The notes under the pieces are model-generated. The model did no database searches. It was not told where the DNA came from and saw nothing but the letters and a program-made list of their open reading frames with translations. A DNA stretch of 63,946 nt, the filler included, from Reticulomyxa filosa (taxonomy: Eukaryota > Protista > Foraminifera), in the NCBI GenBank assembly GCA_000512085.1. It is 20 parts of 20 records of this genome, joined end to end, with 100 filler letters (N's around TTAATTAATTAA, not from the genome) between each part and the next. Parts side by side here need not be neighbours in the genome. Positions count along the whole stretch, not along the records: positions 6,273 to 15,756 come from ASPP01003659.1; positions 15,857 to 17,331 come from ASPP01024987.1; positions 17,432 to 22,966 come from ASPP01028620.1; positions 23,067 to 24,334 come from ASPP01042884.1; positions 24,435 to 25,434 come from ASPP01049800.1; 15 more parts are not named here. One strand, written 5' to 3'. The translations under genes were made by a program, and so were the position numbers. Below are positions 13,493 through 25,534 of this stretch, one piece after another (the first letter of the stretch is position 1; each line of letters opens with the position of its first letter).

Positions 13493-15756
13493 ATGGCAAC
13501 AGAAAGTGGTTTTGCAGATTGGTTAAAACAAAATGGCTTTGAAAAATATGTCAATACAATAATTGAAGAAGGAGGGATTATGGACAACGAAGGTTTGAAA
13601 GAGGATTTCGATGAAATCTGCGAAATGCTGCTTCTGTCCAATGAAGAGAAAGATAGATTCAAAGCGGCTGTTTTCGCAACTAATGTGCCTGCTGTGGATG
13701 ATATGCAAGTTTAGTATTTGTGTATTTTACTTTATCCTTTTAACATACGTCGTTTTTTTTTTTTTTTGTTGTTTTTTTTTTTTGACTCGATTTTTTTGCT
13801 ATACGTGGTCTTTTGGACATGTCAATGTAAAAGAAATTCTGTGAAGATTGTGATATCGTCCAGTTCAAAGATGCGCTGATCAAGGCAAGTTATACCCATC
13901 CAAAAGTGCTCTTGAACAAAACACAAGGCGAATTGGACAATATTGGTAAAGCAGTCGGGATGAGATTGGAGTATCTATGCAAATTTAAAACCGTGATTTT
14001 GGAGCGACAACAGAAAATTGAATTTGAGGTTTAGTGTCACATAGTTGTAAACTACTTTTGACTTTCTTTGGAAAAAGATAAAAAAGACAAATAAAATTTT
14101 AAGCCACTTTGTTATGATGTTTTGTGTTTTATAGCAATGGTGTCAAAACAATCGCTTTGGAAAATTTAGTCAAGTGCTAATGAAACATGGCATAAAAAGT
14201 AAGTGCGGACTTGTGTCCAAAAGTGACTCCGAACTAAACGAATTGTGCAAAAAGTGTTTGATAAGACTCGGTTTTGCTCGTTCGTTTCGAAATGCAGTGC
14301 GAGTGTTGCAAGAAAAAAGTGAAGACAACAAAGAGCAAAAAGAAAAAGAAAGCGAGGCCGATGTCGAAAGCAATGGTATGAATATATCGAAAAGAGAGTT
14401 GCAAAGAGAAAAATTGGAACTGAAAGTGCAAGATGCCTTGAAATGTATTGGTGTTCGTCTATCCAAAATGCAAGAAAAGCATCGAGTGCATTACCGTGCA
14501 AGATTTGAAAATATCTTGGAAAGTTTGAGCAGCGGCAAATGTAAGGAGCACTTTCAGAAATTGAAAGATATCTTGGGATACATGGACACGCAAGGGTACG
14601 TAGATGAAAAGTGACTCCATATTTGTCTCTTTTTTTTTTTTTTTTCCAAACGCAAATAAAATATTATTTTGTTGAAGATAACACTCTTTAACCCTTTTGA
14701 CTTAATGATACTTGTGCATGTGCGCATGTGCGCATGTGTGCATGTATGCATGTGTATGAAATCGCAGTCTAGAGGAATTTGAGATTGAACGCATCTTCCT
14801 TAGATTGTGCGGATTTGAAGTGAAAGAGGTGATTGGAGGAGGAGGAGGAGATGAAGAAACAAAGGAAGAAGAAGAAGAAGAAGAACAAAAGGAAATGTTT
14901 GATATTTGCGGCAGTGTGGACACAGCTGCAGTGACATTGGTACAAAAGAAGTTATATTTGGTCGAACAAACATTGGCGATGGTGATGGAAAATAAAAACA
15001 ATAGCAATGAGGGCCAAATCAATGATATTTTTGTTAATCAATTTGAGCATATGTTGCGGACAATGAAAGTGGATTTATCCATGTTTGGTAATGAACAAAA
15101 GCGAGGTCAAATCCATAAACATGCAAGTGGATTTTACGATGATCAGTTCATCGTATTCACGTTGCAACAGTTTATATTCGAAGTCCAAGATAATGCGTTG
15201 ACATCCAAACCGGTGTTGAATTCAGGTCATTTGGAAAAGTTGATTAATTTATTGGAGGCAAGTCGACCATATCTACTGAGAGTGCCTCCAAAATTAACAT
15301 GGATGATTTAAAACATTTGACACTTCATCCAGTTGGATTGTTTGGAACAAAGGAAGAAGTGATTTGGCAATTGCGAATATTGAATTGCATATCCAAACCT
15401 ATGGAAGATATGCTAAGCAGTGAAAAAAGTGAAGAGTATCTCAGTATGGGTATCTATGCGATAATGAATTTGAAAGACTCTTTTTTGAAGTTGAACAAAA
15501 CTCCAAAAGAATTGGAAATGATGTACAAGTCAAGCAATGTGGATATTGTGTTATTTTTTTGGCCAGACATTGACTCATTCACAAATATTAAACGAGACAA
15601 TGCTGCTTCCCTTTTTTTGAGAGTGTTATTGGAAGTCTGTTCGACTGTTTGCATAAAGGTATCGCAGAGTGAATTGGACAATTTTTTACATGGACAAACA
15701 AACTGTGCAAGACAAGACAGACGAAAAAGAAAAAGAAAAAAAAAGAAGAAGAAGAA
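13493..15756 (+). CDS. Large protein with three N-terminal SAM-like domains (3' truncated)
   Basis: Exons 13493-13708, 13834-14028, 14135-14595 and 14768 onward splice in frame. SAM-like units begin FADWLKQNGFEKYVNTI, KFCEDCDIVQFKDAL and QWCQNNRFGKFSQVL. One-base frameshift in an A-run near 15292. Confidence 0.7.
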
Positions 15757-16129
15757 NNNNNNNNNNNNNNNNNNNNNNNNNNNNNNNNNNNNNNNNNNNN
15801 TTAATTAATTAANNNNNNNNNNNNNNNNNNNNNNNNNNNNNNNNNNNNNNNNNNNNCAGAATCATAGCTTTCAATTTCATCAAAATTTAAAACTTGTCAT
15901 TTTTTTGAAATATTATCTATTATAAATCATAATTTGTGTGAATAATTGCTTTTTTAAATCCATTCGAGATATCAAGTAACTTATCCATCAATCAATAAAT
16001 GAATTATTCTTAGGAAAAAAATAAATCAAACAACTCCAAATTTAAAATAATAATTTTAAAAATTGAAATTAAAATAAACTTTGATAATATCTTTTTAATT
16101 CAAAAATTTTGTAAACTTAAACAAAAAAT

Positions 16130-17331
16130 TTATCCCCAAACATGAATTGAACCATCATATGAGCCATAATATAAATGAACATTACAATCATCTTTTGATT
16201 TTTGTTCATTATTATTTACTTTCTTTTTCAATGATATAAATTTAAGACATAATATTCTATCGTCTTCATCATCACTTCCTTCGATCATATATAATTCTTT
16301 TTTATTTGATCGAATATCCCAAAAACGAATTGTATTATCCCATGATCCAGAACATATCACATTTGAATTACCAATACCATTCTTTATTACAAATGGTGAA
16401 TATTCAACAGCATATACACAATCATAATGTCCATAGAACATTTGAATTTGTTGACCAGATCTAATATCCCACAAACAAACACTATTATCAGATGATCCAG
16501 ATAATATTGTATTTAATAATTCATTTGATCCATATTTTACACTATTTACGTAATCTTTATGTCCTTCGAATACATTGAATTGTTTGGTTGTTTCAATATC
16601 CCATATTCGAATGGTATTATCATCTAATCCAGAACAAATTGTATATCCATTTCCACCAATCACACCAATATTATTCATTTTATCATTATTATCATTGTTA
16701 TTATTGCTTTGTAATGGCGAAATATCAACACAAAAAACATCTCTTTCATGTCCACTGAAAACACATAATGATTTTGATGTTTCAACATCCCATAAACGAA
16801 TTGTATTGCCAGAACCAAAACACAAATATCTACCACCATTAAATGGTGAAAATTCAATTCCACTACACCATCAGTGTGTTCATTGAATATTTGTAATTGT
16901 TTATTATGTTTGAAATCCCAAAAACTAATTGTTCGGTCACTTGATGCAGAACAAATGACATTTTGACGATGATTATGATAATGATATGATGAAAATTTTA
17001 CACAATTCATACTGCCTGAATGTCCATTTAATGATTGAATTTGTTTATTGTTATCAACATCCCATACACAAACTGTATTATCATCTGATCCAGAACAAAT
17101 GAATTGGCAATCATCAAATGTTGAATAGTCAATACTACATACACTATCAGTATGTCCAGTGAATGTATTAATTAATTTGGATGATGAGCGAAATATGTCA
17201 AACATAAAGAATGTAGTTGCCTGTGTTAACAGTGATGATAAAAATAACAAATATATTTGTTTGTTTTTATTTAAATTAAATGAAACGCAAAAATAAAAAA
17301 CGTAACATAATTGACAATCAGTTTATCGAAA
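16130..17331 (-). CDS. WD40-repeat protein (5' truncated, one frameshift)
   Basis: About 7 WD repeats (GHTDSV..VWD, GHERDV..IWD, GHKDYV..LWD). End of the module exon (FDKLIVNY) at 17331-17307. Intron 17306-17221. Frameshift near 16865. Confidence 0.9.
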
Positions 17332-18288
17332 NNNNNNNNNNNNNNNNNNNNNNNNNNNNNNNNNNNNNNNNNNNNTTAATTAATTAANNNNNNNNNNNNN
17401 NNNNNNNNNNNNNNNNNNNNNNNNNNNNNNNAAGTTCTATGGATTGTACAATTCGGATTTAGGGATGATGACAAACAAAAAAAAAATGTTTTTTTTTTTT
17501 TAAAGATATAATAAGTGAATATGAAACTTATTATTATTATTATTTTTTTTTTTGCTATTGTTCCTTTTGAAAATTTTGTGAAGTGGGGACTTGTGCAAAC
17601 AATTCAATCAAAATGTTCTTTCATCTCAAATGATTTGATAATTTTTGTAATAGTATCTTTTGTCTCTTTTTGTTTTATAACTTTTATCTTGGTTCGAATG
17701 GGACGAACTTCATAAATGCTTCTTTCGATATAGTATTGAATATAATTTCAATTCACGACGCCAAAACGAACATCAACAACCTTATTTTTGTTTACTCCAA
17801 TTAACTTCAACAATTTTGCTGACAAAGATTTTTATCTTTCGCTCCAGAGTGACACAAAACTACTTTAATATTTTGACGAGAATTTTTTTTGTGCTCAAAA
17901 AATTTTTTTATGCATGAAACAGTTTTTTAATGAAAAATTGGTAGCCACAATACCATACAGCGACTTCAAATAATCATATATCTATCCTCTATCTATGAAA
18001 AATATATATCACGGCCAAAAATGTAGTTCAGATTTAAAAAATCGAAAGCTGTGGCATTAATTTTGCATCTTATCCAAAAAAAAAAAAAAAAATAGCAATT
18101 ACCATTTGTCATCAATTTTATACAAACCTTTCATCAAATAATACATATCAATTAAATCACATCCTTTCAATTAAAAAAAAAAAAAGAGCCTAGAAATGGT
18201 ACGCAAAACAATCACTCCAATTCATTCAAAATACACTTTAATAAATGCACCTTTAATTGACAAAAATAGTTGTAAACAATAAAACAAT

Positions 18289-19615
18289 TTATCCCCAAAT
18301 ATAAATTTGACCACTCAATGTACCATAACATAATTTAAAATCACAATCTTCATTGCAACTTCCATTTTTTTTCAATGGTGCAAATTTAAGACAATATATT
18401 CCATAATCTTCTCTTTTTCTTTCAATCATATACAATTCCTTCTTATTTGATCGAATATCCCAAAATCGAATTGTATTATCCAATGATCCCGAACATATCA
18501 CATTTGCATTACCACTACTATTCTTTGTTACAAATGGCGCATATTCAACTGCAGTCACAACATGTTTATGTTCATTGAATCTTTGAACTTGTTGGCCATC
18601 ACGAATATCCCACAAACGAACGCTGTTATCTGATGATCCAGACAATATCATATTTTCTAATGCATATGATCCATATTTTACACTGTTCACTGAAAAAGTG
18701 TGCCCATTGAGCACAACAATTTGTTTGCCTTGTTCAATATCCCAAATACGAATTGTTTTATCATGTGATCCAGAACAAATGGTATATCCATTACCACCAA
18801 TCTCCTCAATCATATTTTCTGTGTCATTTCGCGGGGGTGAAATATCCATACACCAAACATAATCTATATGTCCTTTGAAAACATGCAATGATTCGGATGT
18901 CTCAATATCCCATAAACGAATAGTATTATCATTTGATCCAGAACATAAATATCTGCCACCACTAAATGGTGAAAATTCAATACAACGAACACTCATTGTA
19001 TGCCCACTAAATGTCTGAAATTTCTTTTCATCTTTGATATCCCAAAAACAAATACTATTTTCATATGACGAAAAACAAATAACATTACGACGATGATTAA
19101 GATGATAATATGGTGAAAACTTTGCACATTGATATCCATTAAATGTTGTAATTGGGCTAGTTGATTCGATACGCCATACATAAACTGATGTATTTGTTGA
19201 TGAACAAAGCAAGCTACTATCAAATGTGGAATAATCAATATTAGCCACAGGACTGCTATGTCCAATAAAGTATGAACTAATTTTGATGACAATTGAAATG
19301 TGTCAAACATTGGGATAGTAGCTATCTATATTAAACAATGACACAATGCAAATAAGCAATTGAACATTTGAATTTGAATTGAATAAAAACAAAAGTCTTA
19401 CATATTTGACAACAAGTTTGTTAAAATCATGGATCCATCCAACTTTAATGTTTAGTGTCTGAATCCAATGTCCAATTATTATTTGGATTGCTTCGTCTTT
19501 TGACTATTTCAATACAATACACAAAACAAAAAAGCTAAAACGTAAACATTTTCGGAAGAACTGGAATGAAACTAACTATTAGTAAAGTCTCTTTTTTACT
19601 GTTAGAATTGCTCAT
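18289..19615 (-). CDS. WD40-repeat protein with N-terminal module exon (one frameshift)
   Basis: Exons 19615-19577 (MSNSNSKKETLLI), 19503-19402 (SKDEAIQIIIGHWIQTLNIKVGWIHDFNKLVVKY) and ~19325-18289 (WD repeats). One base is missing in a T-run near 19268. Confidence 0.9.
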
Positions 19616-20124
19616 TTTTTTCAACTTTTGTTGATGGATATCCTTTGCAGACGATAATGTAAGATAAAAATTGTATCCTTTTTATATCAATCTCATAAAA
19701 GGGACTCCTTAGTAAAAATCTCTTCGGCTTGTGAACTAAGTATTTTTGATAATATTGTTAAAAAGGAAATTTTAACCAGTATAAACCTCTGAGCTGTACG
19801 AAAAGTGGAGTAGGCGTCTGATAAAATTTCGACAAAGCACGATAAATGAAGATAATTCTCCAATTACATCGACAAAACAAACGACAAAAGAATTGTGTGG
19901 ATATTCAAAATGTTCAAAATTTATTCTAGATTGATTGTCTTGATCCCCTTGTTAATATGCATTGCCAGTATTAAGATCACTGACATGGAGTACATATAAA
20001 TAATTTCTATATGCCATATTGTAGTCCAGATCTATTGTTTCGCACGCCAATTAACTTGGAGACTACCAGATCCTCTAAATCAACTAAAGGCAATCAATAT
20101 TTTATTTTATGTCCAATTTAACAG

Positions 20125-20205
20125 ATAAGTACAAATTATTGTTGCTTCCACTAATCACTGCACGCGCTCCAACGCAATTATTATTATTTCTTCCAGTGAT
20201 AATAT
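20125..20205 (-). pseudogene. Short kelch-family fragment
   Basis: IITGRNNNNCVGARAVISGSNNNL matches IIIGRDHDNYNGARAVIGGGNNNL of the kelch gene at 20464-21650. Confidence 0.7.
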
Positions 20206-20463
20206 TAAGCAATTAAATAATATTAGCTAAAATATGCCATCTTTTCATTTAGGTATGGCAGTTTTTTTTGCAACCTACTGTATTATAGATATAAAAAATA
20301 TTCATAGAATATTTATTCAATAATTTGTTATTTGTTTTGATTGTTAACCTTTTTTATTTTGAAAATACTTAAAAAAAAAATTGATAAATTTCAGATTGAA
20401 TAAAATCAAAATCAAGCCATATTTAAAGACATAATGACTAATTTTACTTCTTTAAAATTTATT

Positions 20464-21650
20464 TCATTTACTGTATTTTGTAATAATTTTATCAAAATCA
20501 TCGATCCATCCTAATTTGATCTTTAAAATTCGAATCCAATGTTTAATAATACATTTTATTTCAATTTTTGACTGTTCATTATTTATTATTCATACAATCA
20601 AATTTATTGTGTTTGGTCAAAATAAATAAACAAACAAATCATTACCAGCTGTGAAGGATCCCAAAAGCGCACATTAGTTTTCATGTGAATTGATACTTTC
20701 GTATCTTCATCATGTCCTCCAATGACGTGTATATGATTATCTTCTTCACTCAATATTGCAACACATCCATATAATGGACTGGGTAAAGTGTTTTGAAGTG
20801 TCATCCATTTGTTTTCTCGAATTGAATATTTGTGCACTGATTTTGAAACACAGTCATCATATCCACCAAAGGAAAATAGGACATCATTGATACACACATA
20901 TGCATAACAAAAGAATGGTGAATCACAAACAGGTAATTGATGAAATTGAAAAGCGTTGTCATCTTCACTGTATTCAATTGATAATCCTGTCTTTCTACAA
21001 AACAACAGCATTTGATAATTTTGTTTATTTTTTTCTTGATTTATTTTCGTTATTTCTTGCACTTGTTTATATTCTGGATTTGATACAATGCAATGAAATT
21101 GAATGAAATTATCAGTCGGTAAAGTATCATGTTTAATAAATTGAAATGTATTTAAATCAAACACACTAATATTATTTCTCCAATAAGTGATAAATAACAG
21201 ATTATTGTTGCCTCCACCAATCACTGCACGCGCTCCATTATAGTTATCATGATCTCTTCCAATGATAATTGGGTGATTGTGATTGTCTGTGAAAGGAAAC
21301 CATTTATTGTAATTATTGAATTCATTTGATTTGTTTGGTATATTACTCCAAACACTAACATATTTCATCATCAATGAGTGATTGTGATATCCACCAAAAG
21401 ACAACAAAGTGATTTGATTACTGTCTTTGTTGTTATTATCTACCAGTTTCACTACACAGTGTCCCGTTAATACAACACGACTTGGATACTCACAGATAAA
21501 CTTGTATTCGTTTTTGAGCGTATGATAAGAATAACAAGCTCTTTGGTCTTCACCTCCACAAATGAGGAGTTCATGTTTGTGTAGCACACATTGAGATTGA
21601 TAAAATGGAGTGGGCAACTTCTTCAAAGTTTGAAAGATTTGGCTGCTCAT
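20464..21650 (-). CDS. Kelch-like beta-propeller gene 3 (intact) with C-terminal module exon
   Basis: Uninterrupted exon 21650-20646; intron 20645-20572; last exon 20571-20464 encodes SKIEIKCIIKHWIRILKIKLGWIDDFDKIITKYSK*. Confidence 0.9.
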
Positions 21651-22835
21651 ATTGTTAATGTTGAAGAATTATGTTGTTTAGATTATTTTAAAAGGGGAAG
21701 TATATGAAAAAAATCATCCTTTTAAATCTGTCGATTAGAAAGAATCACAAAGATTTGAGTGTTTGTATAATAAAAAACTATCGATGGAAAAAGAAGAACG
21801 TAATATAAAAAATGGAGCACACTAAAAAAAGAAAAAAAGATGGTCAGAAAAGGTGAGCAACCGCAGAAAAAAGGAAGAAAAAGTTCCATTAAAAGCACTT
21901 TTAAACTTTTAATAATTGCAACTCGAACTCAGACAAGATAAACTAAAATGGACAGCTATTGCTTAGTTGAAGTGGCAAGCAAAGTTGGACGTTTTGAAAA
22001 ACGTGTTCAAAAGCGTTTTTCGATACTAATCTGACTCAGGAATTGAATTAGAAAGATTCATATTTAATTAATTTGTGTGAATGTTGCAGCAAAGGCAAAG
22101 GCTACATTCCCGTGAAGTGTTTCACTGATTTATTTTTTAAACTTTTTGATGTTAGAATCTTGTTTGTCATAAAAAATATTTTTTTTTTGTCGAAGATTTA
22201 ACACGTCATCGAAAAGTTTCGATAAACAAAACTGTAAAGCAAAGTTTGTCAAAATCTGATGAACTAGGGGTATGATTTGTACATTAGCTAACAATATAAA
22301 GAGATGAATGCACCTGTTTTCTAAAAGCCAAATATTTTGGGTTCTCCACGGTGCGTAGATATTATTTAAAAAAATATTTGAATAAATGTTATTTTTCATG
22401 ACGAAGCACATGAATGTTCATAGGGGTTTATTTTAGGGGAATCTTTTTTTTAGCTTTTAATTGTACGTTCTTGATGAATTTTAAAACTTTTCATATATCT
22501 ATCTTGTACTATTTAGAAAGGTTCAATATTTCAAGTTTTTATAATATTCGTGTTTTTCGAAACAAAGAATTGTATTCGATGCTATACAAAAAACACAGTA
22601 CTTGAAATATCTTGCAATTTATTTTGATATTTGGATACAATATTTATTTATTATGCTTTTCAATTCTTTAAAAACATTGAACACAACTGTTTCAATTTTT
22701 TTAAACAATAAAGTAAGATAGAACATATCTTTCAGTGTTCAATCAAATCAAGCAACTTTAATATAATCTTACATTTTTTAAATCAAACTTTTCAAACAAA
22801 AACAACTTCTATTTCTTGTTCAACAAAAAAGTTAA

Positions 22836-22966
22836 TTATCCCCAAATACGAATGTGACCTTTGTATGAGCTATAGCACAAATTCAAATCATATTTGACAT
22901 TCTCTGTCTTCTCTTTCTTTTTCGATCCAATAAATTTGACACAACTTATTCCATCATCTTCTTTAT
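22836..22966 (-). CDS. WD40-family gene, 3' end (contig-truncated)
   Basis: Ends ...LNLCYSSYKGHIRIWG*. Its 3' flank resembles that of 56040-56244. Confidence 0.75.
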
Positions 22967-24070
22967 NNNNNNNNNNNNNNNNNNNNNNNNNNNNNNNNNN
23001 NNNNNNNNNNTTAATTAATTAANNNNNNNNNNNNNNNNNNNNNNNNNNNNNNNNNNNNNNNNNNNNTTTGATTTTTTCCACTTAATTGTTATGAAAAATT
23101 TGGAGGAAGGAATGTTTAAAGTTTTTTAGACTGAGTTTTTAAAACTAAAATTTTGTCAGGCTGGGTATGCATAATTTATTTTTGGATTGGTTGTTTTCAC
23201 TTGATCCATATCGGGTTAATATTACATCTTTCAAACAATCGATTGTACACAAAACATAACTGTGTTTCTCCAATATATTTTTTCTTCTAGATCAGAGTGG
23301 TATTGATGTTTCTCCTAATTTTGAAATGATAAACAAAATACTGGTTTGTCATGCCTTTGAGAAAAAGGAAAAGCTTCATTTTGTATCGAAGTATAGTTTT
23401 ATTTATCAAGGTCGTGCTTCTAGCTCAAAAGAATTACTTTTAATTCGATTTAAGATCTGCGATTTACTTGAAATACATCAACATCGCAACAGGAGAAGTG
23501 AAAAATGGCATGGTTATTGCTTCCACTTACTTATGTATTTCATTTTGTGATTTTTTTTGACAAATCAAATTTAATTTGTTCAAATCATTTTTATTTAATT
23601 CTTTCACACCAATGTAATTTGTTTCAAACATTTGCAACGTTCACTTCAAACAAATTTTTTCTTTACCTCAAGTAATTGTATCGATCTTATGTTTGGTAAT
23701 AATACAATTCTTATTCTCAGATAAAAGATAATGTTGTTGTTTTGAAAAAAACAAAATCAATTATTTTAATTTTGTTTATAGATTTTTTAAGGGCACAGGA
23801 TCGAGACGTCGCAAAAAAAAAAAAAAGGGACCTTTTTCTTAATTGTGATGAATATGGATAAGAAAATAAAGCAGCAACTCAAGGTTTATCGAATTGTGTC
23901 TTATCTGTTGTTTTTCCTCCAACGAGAAAAAAAATACAAAATTATCTGATACTTTGTGTACGTGACAAAGTAATAATTTTTTTTCTTTGGGTAAGATACG
24001 CATAATCGACAAAGGCATGTCTGGATTAGAAGACGAAGCGAAAAAAAAAAAAGTTATTTGGAAAATGACA

Positions 24071-24334
24071 TCATCTGTTTTCATTGATTTGCTGAGGCTG
24101 AGATTTTTCATTTTCCGTTGTGGCAGCACTTGCTTCTTGTTCATTGTTGCCCTCATTGGAAGCTACATTTGCTTTTTTTTTTTTATCTGGAAAAACATAA
24201 ATATCATCATATTCGCTAAGCTCGTCCCATTCTTTTAATGCTGGTCTTGGTTTCATGTATTCCAATCCTCGTTGTTGTTCGTATCTAATTCTTTTTTTGT
24301 TGCTGTCATATTCGTCGATGAACTTTTCCAATCA
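24071..24334 (-). CDS. Hypothetical protein, C-terminal fragment
   Basis: Open frame runs from the contig edge with protein-like composition; no family recognised. Confidence 0.4.
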
Positions 24335-24706
24335 NNNNNNNNNNNNNNNNNNNNNNNNNNNNNNNNNNNNNNNNNNNNTTAATTAATTAANNNNNNNNNN
24401 NNNNNNNNNNNNNNNNNNNNNNNNNNNNNNNNNNGTTATATTTTCTTTTTGGACTTATTGAATACTTTTATGTGTGAAAGATATCAACAGTCACTCTGAC
24501 AAACTATACTGAATCTACTTTTAAAAAACACATTGCAAACATTTAGTTGTCATCTTTGTGCAATTTAACACTGTAATTTCTCTTGTCGTGAATTTGCAAT
24601 ATGAGCATTTTGATAACAATGGCAGTGAGCAAACTTTGTCGGAAAAGGGAAAGCAAATGATCCCCTTTTTCCGTTGATTTTTTTTTAAATCGAATCGTTA
24701 AAACTG

Positions 24707-25434
24707 ATGTTACAGCTTTTGAAACAAGTAGCAGATACAAATAAGGCATTAGAAGAATGTAACGAGCAAATAAGGCACTTGAGAGCGATCATTGAAAAAA
24801 AACGGCAATTCCCAAGTTGAGAGAAGGAGCAAAAGACTATTTGTGGGCAGTCTTTCACCTCAATAATTAAATAAAGATGCACTACAGATCTACTCCCAGA
24901 GCAAAAACCTTAGTAAGCAAGCACATAACGAGCTACGTGTGAAGGCGGAATTGAAGGGTTGTTTTAGTAGGACATATGGTCTCGACTGGCATAATGACAG
25001 TATGCACTTGCTTTCAGCTTCTCAAGATGGAAAATTGATGGTTTTTAAAAATTTTTATTATAATATATATACATATATACTTTATATTTTGCTTTGCACA
25101 TTTTTTTTTGTTTTGTTTTGTAATTGTTAACACGTATAGATATGGGATACTTCCAAAGCAATAAGAAAAAAGAGTATCTCATTGCAGAGTAGCTGGGTGA
25201 TGACGTGTACTTTTTCCCCAAGTGGAAATCTTGCAGCTGTAGGAGGATTAGATAATATTTGCAGTATCTTTGATGTGTCCAGCGTATTCAAATCTTCAAC
25301 GTTCCTTGCGTCCTTGACCAGTAAACGAAACAAATTAACACGAGCAAAATGTGAGTTGATAGGACATGAAGGATATTTGAGCTGTTGCAAGTTTATGGAT
25401 GAAAATACTATTATCACCACTTCTGGAGATTCAA
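24707..25434 (+). CDS. Heterotrimeric G-protein beta subunit-like (3' truncated)
   Basis: Exons 24707-24815, 24877-25040, 25140-25434. N-terminal coiled coil, then G-beta hallmarks LLSASQDGKLMIWD, SSWVMTCTFSPSG..AVGGLDNICSIF and ELIGHEGYLSCCKF..IITTSGDS. Confidence 0.9.
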
Positions 25435-25534
25435 NNNNNNNNNNNNNNNNNNNNNNNNNNNNNNNNNNNNNNNNNNNNTTAATTAATTAANNNNNNNNNN
25501 NNNNNNNNNNNNNNNNNNNNNNNNNNNNNNNNNN

